Of a DNA stretch of 64,000 bases, positions 42,390 to 54,445 are shown in pieces. The position numbers were made by a program, and so were the translations under genes. The stretch's first letter is position 1. Each line of letters begins with the position of its first letter. The stretch is taken from the NCBI RefSeq assembly GCF_026571515.1, contig NW_026865054.1, forward strand, positions 62,001 to 126,000, written 5' to 3'. The notes beneath the pieces were generated by a model. That model searched no databases and had not been told where the DNA came from. It was given only the letters and a program-made list of their open reading frames with translations. Origin of the DNA: Ruditapes philippinarum (lineage: Eukaryota).

Positions 42390-43687
42390 TCATAAAAGAT
42401 CTGGTGTTGATCCTCCAAGGTATGTTTTAAGATTTTCTACAGTAGATTTCACTAGTTTACATGGTATTGTTTTCAGTTTCAATCGTCTATAGGCCTCGTA
42501 TCTGTGACATCCACCGAAGGAATAGAAATAATCTCCACCTTGCCTGCCTGTAATCCATAAAACATCTATAGGTGGCACTTTATCCCTTGTTTCATCATCC
42601 TGAAATAAAAAACAGTTCTAAGCTTCACTAAGAATTGTACGTATATAAGTACAGGGTTATTACTAGGATTCCCAAAATAGATGAGTGTGTGTGGATGGGG
42701 TGTGTGTGAAGGTCAGAATTTGAACATAGGAAAAGCAAGACAATGGTTATAATGTCCAAAATGGGAAATATTGTCCTGCAAAGAAACATGTACAGAATCC
42801 TAGTTTTGAAATCTACGCATCCTGGTGAGCAGCAATAAACATGCGTACCAGGATGACAGATCATGAGTCACAGAGAACCCTGAGTAAATACATGTAACAT
42901 ACAAAACCTCTATGTTTTACTTTAGTCATATAAATTAACCTTTAAGACAAAGATAATTTGTTGAAAATTGTTTACCATAATCAACAGTGATTATCATGCC
43001 ATGACCATCCCCTGAACTATAGGTTATATACAGCAACATCAGATTATTATACAATTATACCTTCTCTCCCTTCTCTATGACAGTACAATGTTCCCCCTCC
43101 TGTACTTACCAGTACTCCCTTAGCTACATATGTGCCTCAGTGAAGTCTGTATATACTAAAAAATATAGATCTTGCATTGTATACACGTCTCACCCAAGTT
43201 CCCCAGCCCCCTTGATTTCTGTCAGACAGGCTTGTCTGACTGACAGAAGTTTGCTCATCAGGCTTTTAATGTGTATTATTGTTTAGAATATGCTATACAT
43301 GTATTTAACAGTTTAAAATAAATGTATTTAAATTCTAAAAAATGAGGAAAGGCTGAAAATATTACAAACCATTATGGTTTCCATCAGTGATGCTACTTTA
43401 CTCTCATCTAATATGGATGGTATAGGTCTGATCAAGACATCAATCGGTACATTATGTACTTCTTCTACATGGTTGGAATGTACACTGTCAATTTCCAGAT
43501 TTCTGTCACACTTGTTTTCTGCCATGCTTTTGTCAGATTTACATTTTGTCACCGAGTAAACATCGTTGTAACCGGGAGAGATAATTCCACTGGAATATTT
43601 CTCACTGGCTTGCACATAAACAATAATGTGAAACGTTAAAAATACTGTATCCAGAAATGAGGAAATTATTTGACAGCTGTTCCGCAT
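42390..43687 (-). CDS. SRXN1: Sulfiredoxin-1, 2 coding exons (121 aa from ATG 43525, or 175 aa from ATG 43687)
   Basis: Exon 1 ends at 43370 (phase-0 donor GTTTGT); exon 2 is 42599-42390. Motifs [32 protein letters not shown] / [30 protein letters not shown]...[13 protein letters not shown] include the catalytic FGGCHR. Confidence 0.95.
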
Positions 43688-43689
43688 CC

Positions 43690-43811
43690 CTGAAAACGGA
43701 AGTAAACATTAGTGCATGATACAATATATTGATTACTTCCCTTTATAAAAAGACGCCATTTGCAAGGAATCAAGATATTTTTCACGTAATTTGCGTTTAA
43801 AACATTGAAAG
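43690..43811. promoter_or_regulatory. Putative compact bidirectional promoter (SRXN1 / VHL) and VHL non-coding first exon
   Basis: ETS-type CGGAAGT at ~43698, YY1-type CGCCATTT at ~43754, and CACGTA (TACGTG on -) at 43783. Donor AAG|GTAATT after 43811 could pair with the TTTCAG acceptor at 44697, 7 nt before the VHL ATG. Confidence 0.55.
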
Positions 43812-44704
43812 GTAATTACAATTGATTATACAGTATGTATGTTGATTTTAGAAAATATGAAATATTTTCACATTGATCTAGCACTTGCAGAATAGTGGTG
43901 AATGTGTAGACCACATAACTTTTAGCTTTGTTGAGATGAGATTTCTGAATCTTGAGTCCACAAATTCCACAATAGCCTCCTCTATGTTCTGGTTCAGTGG
44001 TTCCGATATATATAATATTTTGAAGCTTACCTTTCTGTAGTTCTGGCTTCCAAAAGATTTATTAGCCACTTTTTAAACATTATTTCTGTTGTCTGATGCT
44101 GCTTTTCATGTCATGCCATAGTATATAAACACGCGCCCTGAAGACCTTAAGCTAACATTTCTGCTTTAAATTTAATAATGAAAGTCCTTAATAATAAGAT
44201 ATTGTCTTTGTGTCCATAACACTTGTAAGAGATGTTGACAGTAAACAGATTTAGATAGAATACTTAGTCCTTCATTGAAAGACATTGCACTTTTTTTACA
44301 GTTTGACGTTTATCGGACGATAAAGCAGATTTGACCCATGTAAAAAATAGCTTCAAATCCGCGGTTACGTCTAAATATTTGGACAAATAGAATACTAAGA
44401 CTTTTTGCTTTTAATATAGTAATGTTTAGTGCTGACCAACTTTTAATCAACTTTGTTCACAGATTTATAGATCTATTACTAATAAAAATCCGTGCTTTGT
44501 TAGATATGTGCTCATAGTGAGGATTAATCTGTCCATGTCTTTAATGACATGTAATCTGCGATCTGTTGTATATTGTTCTAGTCTTGCAATTGTCACATGT
44601 TTCAATGTTTTAAATAAACTCCAGTAATTTCCATCCCAAGACAAAATATTATTATTTCATATTATTATAATATAATATTTTTCGTTTTAAATTTCAGACT
44701 TGGA

Positions 44705-46443
44705 ATGGGTGAAGCTAGGCAGAGAGAAAATGACCAACCACCTTTGAAGTCTAAAAAATCTGTTCATTATTCCTTTTTGCGATTTTTGAACAAAACAAAC
44801 AGAAATGTTGATGTAGTGTGGGTTAACTATGAAGGAGCTCGTGTGAAGTATAAAACACTGACTCCAGAACAGTTCCTTGATATCAACACATTTGCTGGCC
44901 ACCCATGGATCTTCTTTGACTCGTTGACTGGGGATAAGATGGTTGTACAATTGAAAGAGATTTTTGAGCCAGTTGCATGGAATTCTGACGGAAATGATTG
45001 GCCACCTCAGAGAAAAGTTGTTAATATAACAATTCCTGGTAAAAATTTTAGCATGATTCATGAGCATTTATTTTTATTATGATACAGTCAAACCTGTTTT
45101 TAAAGACCATCTCTGAATAAAGACCAATCAGTTAGTAAAGGCCACTCTTCAACAACCCTTCATTGACTAGATTGAATAAAGAAACCTCCAAATAAAGACC
45201 ACTTTTCTATAAAGGACATGTTTGATTTGTCCCTTGGATGGTCTTTGTTTGCAGGTTTGATTGTGTATAACATAAAATTGCCATATTATAAACTTTGAAG
45301 AATTATTATTTTGATATAAAGTGATGTCACTGACAATACAGTATGACTCAATGAGGTCTGAAATTGCTAGGTGATATTTGGAATGGTTGCTGAGAGGTAT
45401 TGTACTATTTGAATTAAAGGCAAATGCAGAATTTTTCATGGTGTAATCTTGAGTATAAAAGCTTTTGTTTTGTTAAGGTTGCGTCAACAAAATCACATGT
45501 TGTTTAAATGCTATTGCTTTATTAGTAAGCATATCTCAATGCTCAGTCTTTTACCCAGGATATTTCCCTCATGAGCATATTGTGAAAAATGGCCATTTTC
45601 ATTGAAAAGCCTCCTGTTACAAGTTCAAACTGCTATGAAACTATGAAAAATTCTTCAATACTGATCAAACTTGGCACAAATGTTGACTGGACCATTGCCT
45701 TTGTAACGACATGCTCAGTCCTAAATTTCCTGTTACCATGGCAACGAGGGGACATCTCAAAATTGCCAAAAATCACTATTTTGCCTTGATTTTTTCCATC
45801 AAAATTTATTTCAAAGTGCTGCAACTTCTCAAGGGATTAAGATAGAGTCAAAGGCTTTTCAGCGTTGGTTACACTTTACCTTATGAGCAACCTGGGGTCA
45901 TTTTAAGCCTCTCACAAGTCCAAAATTTTCTTGGCGATGAGGGTGTTTACCGCCCCCCTTCAAACCCCCCAAACAGAAGGGGGCACATCCCCATTCTGGC
46001 AACCCCCTGATGTATCTTTTGGATGGGGGGTTGGCGCGAAAAAGTGCTCACTTTTTTTAGCAACATTTCTCAAACGAAAACATGTGTTTGGGGCCAGGAC
46101 ATTTTTTCACTATTTGAGGCCTAAAAGAGGTGGGGGGGGGGGTCGAAAGTGCGTTGTTTCGCGTATATATGAGGTAAAGGGTTAAAGATATTAAATGTCA
46201 ATTGATATACAAATGTAAGTAACAAAGTTATTTTATCATATGATTTAACATACTTTTTGCTAAATCACAGTGTACAGTCTTCAAGAGTGTTGCTTGATGA
46301 AGCTGCGTGGCATTGTACCCAAGGATCGTATAAATGAACTAGAAATCACAGATGTGCTCAAAGAGGACCTCCATAAAATCATGCTCCGTGGAGGTTCTGA
46401 CGTGATTTACCAGGGCGCTTCATCATCATCATCCGTGACGTGA
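44705..46443 (+). CDS. VHL: von Hippel-Lindau protein homolog, 2 coding exons, 168 aa
   Basis: Exons 44705-45038 and 46271-46443 (phase 1). Beta domain LKS..SFLRFLNKTNRNVDVVWVNYEG..KYKTL...INTFAGHPWIFFD retains the W/Y/H/W hydroxyproline-pocket residues. Alpha-domain BC box PVYSLQECCLMKLR...LEITDVLKEDL. Confidence 0.95.
45085..45263. mobile_element. Small Tc1/mariner-type MITE in the VHL intron
   Basis: TA|CAGTCAAACCTG ... CAGGTTTGATTG, with internal AAAGACCA repeats. Confidence 0.7.
45550..46185. mobile_element. Probable piggyBac-like non-autonomous element (one clear GGG|TTAA end)
   Basis: GC-richer insert in the VHL intron ending GAGGTAAAGGGTTAA; the left end is degraded. Confidence 0.4.
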
Positions 46444-46874
46444 CAGATCATGATAAAGGAATAGTGATTTACATTGTCGTTGTTCACTGCCAGACTATGG
46501 GCTGTACCAGGGTTTAAAACAGCAAAAGCCAAAGTCCCCACTTTGTTGGTGGATTGGTGGATAGCGGGTGCATTTGAAAAATTTGCATGATTTTAATATG
46601 TTAGCAGTTTGTTACTGGTAGTTGTATTAATATTTATTTCAAATTCTTGCAAACAAAAGTAGTCAAATACTTGCATTATACCAAGATCTCAAATGACTGT
46701 GCAATATTTAGTATTACTTTTGGAAGAACAAACAGAGCTGTGTAATTTTTTTTGTTGAATAGATTTTTCTAAAGTTGATTAACATAATAAAACATACAGA
46801 AATATGGTGACATAATATAGGAATAAGTTTAAAAATAAAGGTGAAGGTTATAAGATTTAGCAATTTTGGCATAC

Positions 46875-47228
46875 TGAAGGCACATTTTGCCTCATTAAAA
46901 AAAATAAAATTACATCCTTTAGAAAGGGAAATCTTAAGTTTTATGATGTTTAAATAATGGTTTTATGTATGTTTGATAACCTGAAGAAAATAGCACTGAA
47001 TGTGAAAGTATTTGTAATAAAGTAGCAAAATGTCAACAAAGTACTATTTTCACTTCAATACAAAACACTAAGTCACTATATCTGTGCTAAATGCCAAAGC
47101 AGACACAAAAGATTGATCAGGTACTTGGCCAATTAGTATATTTTTGAAAACAATAACAGGACACAAAAAAATAAAAAGATTTAAGGAAATAAAAATAAAA
47201 ACACTTCATGGGCATAACAGGCCTTTAC
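46875..47228. mobile_element. MITE, same family as 35611-35989
   Basis: AAGGCACATTTTGCCTC...CCTGAAGAAAATAG...AAAGTAGCAAAATG... colinear with the copy at 35611. Confidence 0.65.
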
Positions 47229-47754
47229 ACAACATCAAAATTTATGTCCCCAATTCAAAGGAAAGGAGTTCAATATCACATAATAACTGTGTGGCTTTCT
47301 GACTGTAAAAATGATATTACATTGATGTGCATATTGATGCTGGTTATTTTGATATATACATGTACAGTAGAATCTGGAAAAACCAAATCTCCACTTAATC
47401 AGATCTCTCAGTAAACTGGACATTTCTCAGGGTCCTGAATTTTTCTCCTTTGTTTTCATTGTATAAAAATCCTCATAAAATGGAAAACTTGGTATTCCAG
47501 ATACCGGACAAAAAATTGAAATAATTTGTCATCTGTCTACATGGTCTATGAAATTTTACCTTGTATAACATTTTGATTTAGTTCACAGAAGAAACTGTTA
47601 TGTATTATTAGATATTATGTATTATTCAATGTTATGTATTATTAGATGTAATGTATAATTAGAGATTATTTAATTATTATTAGAGATTATGTTATTAGAT
47701 GATGTGTATTATTAGATGTTCAAACATCTTTATTACATGCTTTTCGGTGGGTTA

Positions 47755-48165
47755 TAGAAATATATCAGTGAAATAAAACTGGTAATTTCACTGTTTGAAA
47801 CAGTGAAATTACCACTTTGGTTATTTCACTGTTTTGAATTTAAGCCCCTTACGTTGTTTCAGTAAAATACCAGCATGCAGAGTACTGGGTACCAACTTAA
47901 TGACGTGATGTCGTAAATGACGTCATGTTGTATTATTATTTGGCGCGCTTTTCATTCAGTATTAGGTTAAATGTCTTTTTAAAACGTTTTTTTTGCATAT
48001 AATAAAAAGAAAATTTGTTTAGTTTAGTGTAAGATCGAAATATATTACACCTTGTGAACACCAGAGGTTCATATTTCACTCGTGGCTGCGCCACTCGTGA
48101 AATATACCTTTTGGTGCTCACTTATATATTCCAATCTTACACTGAACTAAACAAATATCCTCTAT
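47755..48165. mobile_element. Palindrome-rich MITE-like element
   Basis: ATTTGTTTAGTTTAGTGTAAGAT ... ATCTTACACTGAACTAAACAAAT inverted repeat; ATTTCACTCGTGGCTGCGCCACTCGTGAAAT; GTAATTTCACTGTTTGAAACAGTGAAATTAC palindrome. Confidence 0.55.
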
Positions 48166-48709
48166 ATCTTATATGGTGTTTAAAGTGGAGCTATATTATG
48201 AAATCTGGTTGAAATTACGTTGATGTAAGCTTGGTTAAAAATTGTGTTGTAACAACTTCAGTACTTGTGGAGATAAATGTGATGAAAGAGTGAAAGAAAA
48301 CATTAGCTTTTTGTCTGTAATAAGTAATTTGTATTATCACATAAAGAAAGGCACATGAGTGTAATAAAGGCATTTAATAGAAACGAGTGTAATAACATTT
48401 TAACGTAACGTCCTTTGTGTTATATACAAACATAGCTTTAAAGCGCGCTAATGTAAGTGTTACACTACAGGCGTGTCAATGGAAAATGACTGTGTTAAAC
48501 TGTACACTGTTCTTATTTTAGATATATGATACGTAGAATATTATATTCATGTAGATTGAATGCTAAAGTTATTGAACTCATTGCATAAAACAGAATTATG
48601 CTCACCAGAGACTCGCATAACATGATTTTATTCAATTTGTTCAATAAATTTAGTATTAAATCAAACCTTATACAATATCCTCTAATTCTGTGAACATTTA
48701 TTTGTGCCC

Positions 48710-49461
48710 TATGTGATCGACTATTCGAAGAATAGGAAAAGCTTTTGTACTCACATTGGCTTTGCCATCATACTTTGGTTAAGTTTTTGAGCACAAGTTG
48801 GTCTCTCTATAACTACTGAAGGGTCAAACACTTATTTGAGAGTATAATAGGCCACTGTCCAAGGGCAATAACTCTAATCAGGATTTTAACAGAATGATAC
48901 CATTTTATCCAGGCTCTTGTTTTACTATCAAGCTCTGAGAATAGTAGAGCAAGCTATTCTACAGACAGCTCTTGTAAGCTCTCCTGAACACAAAATTCAC
49001 AGAGATAAGCTTTTGTGATGGCAATTTGTCCGTTGTATGACCTACAATATACTGTTTGTCCAACATTATACCCTGTTTTCAATAGTTTCATTAAACAAAA
49101 TCTCCTAAACCAAAAGGTGGATTTTTACTCAAAGTTGGAGCTCTTCAAAAGTTATATAAATGGTTCCAGCCTGACTAAAAAAATGAAATACTTTAAAATC
49201 TACAATTTAGAAACTACATTAATAAAAAATGTACAATATTCAGAGCATAGATATTTGGGTATGCAGTTTCACTTTGTTTTTTTTTACTTGTAACATTTCC
49301 AAGCAGACATCTACAGATATTTTATAATATACTAAACTTAGGTTACAGATGGTGCACCCTGTGTGACCTTATTACTTATTTCTGAATTTATAAAAAAAGT
49401 GTGACCATTTGTAGCAATTTATCCAAGGTGAGTGTTCTAGGGCCATCATATCCATCTTGTT
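48710..49461 (+). mobile_element. Two adjacent degenerate HINE-like elements
   Basis: First: CGACTATTCGAAGAATAGG...ACTATCAAGCTCTGAGAATAGT...GACAGCTCTTGT (to ~48975). Second: AGCTCTCCTGA...CAAGGTGAG...CTTGTT. Confidence 0.55.
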
Positions 49462-51030
49462 TATGCTTTATTGTGTAACTGATTGTTATGATTTCAGTTA
49501 AACTGATGTATCACTGCATATAATAATCACATGTACCATCTATAAATGCCTTCTTTATGTATTACTTTTGTGATTATCTTTTGTCATCACTATTACAAAA
49601 TTTGTGAAGTTATAATAAACTGTTATTATTTATGAGATTTTGTTACATCAGTTTTAACCCCCTAAGGTTCAAATCTGATATTGAAATGACGTTTTGCATC
49701 TTGAAAATGTTAGAACTTGCTGTTAGATTTTGATGAAACTTGGCATGAATGTATGATAAAACAATTAGCGCACCAAGCGTCCTAAAAATCGTCTTTTGCC
49801 CTTTGTTACTTATTATTCAGTTATAGCCCTTTGTATTAAAATAACTACATGTCATCAATCTCCCACGCAGTGATCTCCCCTTACAGGATTAGAATGGCTG
49901 GAGCGTAACCGATCCGCGGAGTTTGACATGTCATACGTGTTGTTGAGATATGGCCCTTTATTACTGTTGAGTTATTTAGCTAGTAGGCCCTTTGGTATAA
50001 CAGGACATTTTGCAAAGGGCCATAATTTTTCCGTTTTACGAAGCCATGTCTTAGGCAGTTAGAAACTGCCCATTAAGAATTATATTAACCTTTTCAGGGT
50101 ATTACTGGAAATATAGTTATTATATAAATGAAGATATGATGCAAAGTAAATGTCATAAAAATCAAATGCATTATTTACCTATGACACTTGGTTACATACC
50201 CTTTGAAAGTTACGTTGCCAATATCAGATGTTTCAAAGCCAGCTAGAGTGTTGAGTGTGGAATTGCTTCTCATAAAGACAGCAAAACATAAATAACGGTG
50301 GTATATGGAACGCATAGATACTAAATCCCTTTAACTTTATTTTTATGGCTTAAATCAGTAATTTGGTTTATGTTCTACAAGAAGCAATTAATGACTCCAT
50401 ACTAAACACACTAACAAAATACAAGTGTTCGATTCTGGCAAGCTACGTAATTTTGAACAAGTTTTCTCAAGTCATCTCCCGTGTATGGTCTTTGGTTCTG
50501 TTTGATATATAGATTTGTACAAGTACGAATGCCTGAAAAACTGTATGAATAAAAAGTCCTTTTTGGGTAGCAAGTTTCCCTTTAAACCGGGGAACCCCTG
50601 TATTTTGTAATAATATGCGTTTTTAAATTTGGTTAAAAAATGGGGACACCCGGGGTTTTTGGTTTTTTTAACAAAGCGGCACCTTACAAATTTTTTCCAA
50701 AAAAAGTATAAAAAAAACAAAAAAACTGCCCAAAATTTAAAAGTGAATTTTTTGTATTTTCCCCCTTCCAGAAACCCAAAATTTTTCAGCTTCTAAAAGA
50801 GGGACTGTACTAAAATTGTATAAAATTTTTTGAAAATGAACGCGTTTTTGTTATTATACTGTATGTACTTTTCCCCGAAAAAAAAGAAGGAGGGTTTTTA
50901 GTTGTCTTTCCCCAAATTTTAATTTTTCTCACTTTACCCAAAGACTGAATGACCGGTACAGAAAGTTATGACATTTAATTATGATGGACCTTGCATTAGT
51001 AATTGAAAAGTAAAGAAACAAGTAGTTTAA

Positions 51031-51220
51031 CGGGAATGGCGGTCTAATGATTAAGGTATCCCCCTGTCAACCCAGTGATCAAGGGTTAAAGCCCTACTCT
51101 GGCTCGACCATGTTTCTGACACCAGTACTGGTTGGTTCCAGGAAGTGGACTCGATGGTGATTAGTATAAGTTGCAATAACTTGTTTCGCGATCCAGATTA
51201 AATGAATATGTTTAAACTAA
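51031..51220 (+). mobile_element. tRNA-derived CORE-like SINE
   Basis: A-box GGCGGTCTAATGATT, degenerate B-box, and CCAGTACTGGTTGGTTCCAGGAAG. Confidence 0.7.
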
Positions 51221-51794
51221 GTAAAGAAGTAATGGATGGTCTTGATCTTGGAACCGCATTTCTTACATGGGTATTTAATTATTATTTTTTTTTATTGTAG
51301 CATTAATCCTTAAACGTACAATTGTTTTCACTTAGTAAAAATGTGATATAATTATAAGTTAGAAATGAGTGATATCTAGAGCCTACAAATGTATCATTTG
51401 TATGTAAAGATATTTGTTTTTATTAATCTATATCTGTAATATATTCACTTTTGTCACGTAATGTGAATAAATCGTACCCCAACAAAAGAAAATTGTTTTA
51501 ATCCGGGGCAATGACCTTGATTGGAATTAAGGTCATCCATTTTAAACGTTAGTTTATGTAGCAATGAACGTTATATATATTCGCTGATATAATACCTTCA
51601 CGTGTATAACGCCGTTTCTTATTTGTTAATCGTGAAGTTTATATAATATATATACACGGCTGTTGTCAGTTAAGTGTTTCTATATATGATTTAAAATAAT
51701 GCACGTTTGAAATGTCTTCTTTCCTTGGATAATAATGACGTTTATATAGTTTATTTTTTCTCTCAAAAGGAAGTTTATTGTATATTAAATTCGC

Positions 51795-52115
51795 TATTAA
51801 GATTCCTGACAGGTTATATGGCCGTATATATTATTCATTTACTAGTTACAGCATATATGAAAACAACCATTTATATACGGTCATATAACCTGTCAGAACT
51901 CTTATAACTAATAGTATAAACATAGCCATCGCCCAGCGGTTTGGGTTATATAAACTTACTGACATTTATACTGAACATATAACCTGTTAAACATCGTAAT
52001 AACTAATATTATAAATGGCTGTTTTGCAATATAACCATCGCCTAGCGACTCGGGTCATATATAAGCTTATCTGAGCAATATAACATGTCTGACATCTTCA
52101 TGACATATTCAGTAT
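51795..52115. repeat. Inverted-repeat element with a tandemly amplified ~100-bp right part; related copy at about 55135-55240
   Basis: CTGACAGGTTATATGGCCGTATATA / TATATACGGTCATATAACCTGTCAG; CATCGCCyAGCG..GGyTATAT repeated. Confidence 0.55.
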
Positions 52116-52572
52116 ATAAAACACATATAGTATAGTGCATGATAGTAATAATAAATATAGTATTATTCGGAGGGAAGTAAAGGGGCAATTACAAGGACCG
52201 CATGAAATTTTCTTCCGTATCTAGTCCGATCTTTACTCGAAGTACAAACAACAATAAACATATTTATAAATCAAACAATGACTTGTATCGTGTACAAACA
52301 AAGTATTCAGTAAACAAATGGACAGTTTTTAATGCCGTTTGAGGGGAATGATATCTATTTTGCCCCCTTTGTTTTAACGATCCTTTTCTTCCGTCAGTTT
52401 TACGAATCTATTATCATGGTACATGTTAACCAGTATTCTTAACCTTTACTGACAAAAATATAATCCGTCTTAAAAGTATTTGTCCGTTTTTACGTTTAAG
52501 TGCACACAATACAATGAAGTGAAATTAAATATTCTTTACATATTGAAGAGGTTTGTCTTAAGGATTATAAAT

Positions 52573-52795
52573 GAGCCGTGTCACGACAAACCCAACATAA
52601 TGGGTTTGCGACCAACGTGGATCCAAACCAGCCTGCGCATCCGCGCAGTCTGATCAGGATCCATGCTGTTCTTCTTGTTATAGAGGGTTTGTAAGCGAAC
52701 AACATGGATCCTGATCAGACTGCGCGGATGCGCAGGCTGGTCTGGATCCATGCTGGTCGCAAACCCATTATGTTGGTTTTGTCGTGACTCGGCTC
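52573..52795. mobile_element. 223-bp near-perfect fold-back MITE with 4-bp AAAT TSD (Sola-like GAG..CTC termini)
   Basis: AAAT|GAGCCGTGTCACGACAAA...TTTGTCGTGACTCGGCTC|AAAT, with ~99-bp arms. Confidence 0.9.
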
Positions 52796-53738
52796 AAATA
52801 CTGAAGTTATTCCTCGTACGTTTTCTGTTTATACTTTATTTTGGAGACTACCAGTTGACAAATTTACTTACCTTCGCATTTATGGCACAGATCGTGATTA
52901 TTTGACGTCAGCTTTTCGGGTTCTTCAATTTAGAACAATTTAATGTTTTTCGGATATTTTCGGAATTATGTTTTACGAAACTATTGGGGTTTAATTCAAT
53001 TACGTCATATTTAGAACATGGAACTGATCATGCCTATCACGATTGTGCAGTAATTAAGTTCTACATTTAAACGCCTTTCGACAATGACATTTAAGCAAAT
53101 GGCTTAAAAAAATATTTTAACCAGAAAATGCTTGCCTGTATTATGTATCAGTAATAAAGCAAGATCTATTGATTACCAATTATTGTGGCGCAATTCGTCC
53201 AGGCTTGAAGAGAACAATAATTTATAGCAAAATCAATGTTTTGTTCTTGTTAAGAATACGAATTAAAAAGAAAACGAATGACAATAAGTGAAGAACAAGA
53301 TCAAATATACAGTGTTAGTATTTTTAAGTGAATGGGTACAATTTATTTCAACGATATTTTGTCATAGTTAATGCATTCGGATATCTTCTGATTTTATAAA
53401 TACCGGACACACAGCTATAAAGTAATAAAATCAAATGATACGAGGTAAGGACTCGCTATCTTGTTTTAATTTGGAATAATAAATTGTACAAACGACAGAA
53501 TAACAATCGTGAAACGTGTGATAAATTACTAAACAGAGTGGTTATATTAAATCTGGACATTTAGTGTTTGGATTATTTGCATTCACGGGTACCTCTTAAT
53601 AATTTGAAATAAAATCATTTTGAAATGAAATTATAGGAACTATTTTCGGACCAAGCTTATTTGCGAGGAACATGTGATAAGATACTTCTTTATGAACTAA
53701 AAGAGTCGCACAGTTTTCGAGATCTTTAGAAAATAGAT

Positions 53739-54445
53739 ATGGCGGATGAATATTTCGCTCAGCAGGAAAGGAATGAACGGAACCGGGCACCAAAACCGAG
53801 AACCAACCGAGTCGCGCCACCAGATCCAAAACCAAAAGAGAATCGTGATCCGAATAATTTGAATACACATGTTCGATGTGAATTTTACGACGCTTTTGCT
53901 GAGCCTCAAACAAGCCCGCGGTCACTTGACTGTGTTTGGGAGTTTTCAGAATAGGTTTTCGATTGTTGTATAAGAATTGCTGTTAGCAAAACGTATGTTC
54001 AGTTTAAATTCTGTGGCATTTGTATAGCAATAGCTTTGGGGATTGGGTTTGGGTAACCAATGTACTATTTCCCCAATATTGGTTGTTCGTTACAACCGTT
54101 CGGCCAGTGAAAATGCTGAAAATAATGTGCACAGGCTGGTGTAAACCGGTGTGGTTTCTGTGTGTAAACCTGTGCATTACTCCATGGACTCAGTCTTGCG
54201 CGTACTTCTTTCATAACTGTGGTTATGGCAAAATGACCCGACCGCCCACCCCTAAAATTTTCCCGGACAGGCCAAAGAGAATAAACAAACCCAAACCAAA
54301 GGAGATCAAAGAGGAACCACCGAAAGTAGAGGAGAAGAAAGTTGCCGCCCCCGTTCCTGTTGTGGTGGCAACAAAAGGAGAATTTGATGATTATGATAAA
54401 GAAAAAATTGCAAAATCTGTGAAACGTCAGATGATGTTGTTTTAA
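53739..54445 (+). CDS. Caveolin-like protein with a long charged C-terminal tail; reading frame disrupted at about 53950-54110 (assembly error or recent pseudogenisation)
   Basis: RDPNNLNTHVRCEFYDAFAEPQTSPRSLDCVWEFS matches the caveolin signature (RDP..LN.HV...FEDV.AEP...HS.DCVW). CGICIAIA and CVNLCITPWTQSCAYFFHN fit the Cys-rich invertebrate caveolin membrane/C region. A TAG at 53952 and indels interrupt the frame. Candidate 5' UTR intron from GTAAGG (~53444) to TATAG (53636). Confidence 0.8.

Noticed and set aside
44687-45067. 126-aa antisense ORF over VHL exon (also the antisense ORFs over the receptor, WDR31 and SRXN1 exons)
   Set aside because: These are shadow ORFs opposite real coding exons, with no independent motifs.
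50545-50945. Homopolymer-rich stretch with an 82-aa ORF (similar stretch at about 55240-55400)
   Set aside because: Inflated runs of every base look like low-quality consensus sequence, not biology.
53952-53954. Programmed stop-codon readthrough or recoding in caveolin
   Set aside because: The TAG is followed by several frame-breaking indels in the same patch, so error or decay is more parsimonious.
44705-54445. VHL-caveolin linkage as ancient synteny with human 3p25 (VHL, CAV3)
   Set aside because: Mollusc caveolins are multi-copy and this one is divergent; orthology cannot be shown from the window.
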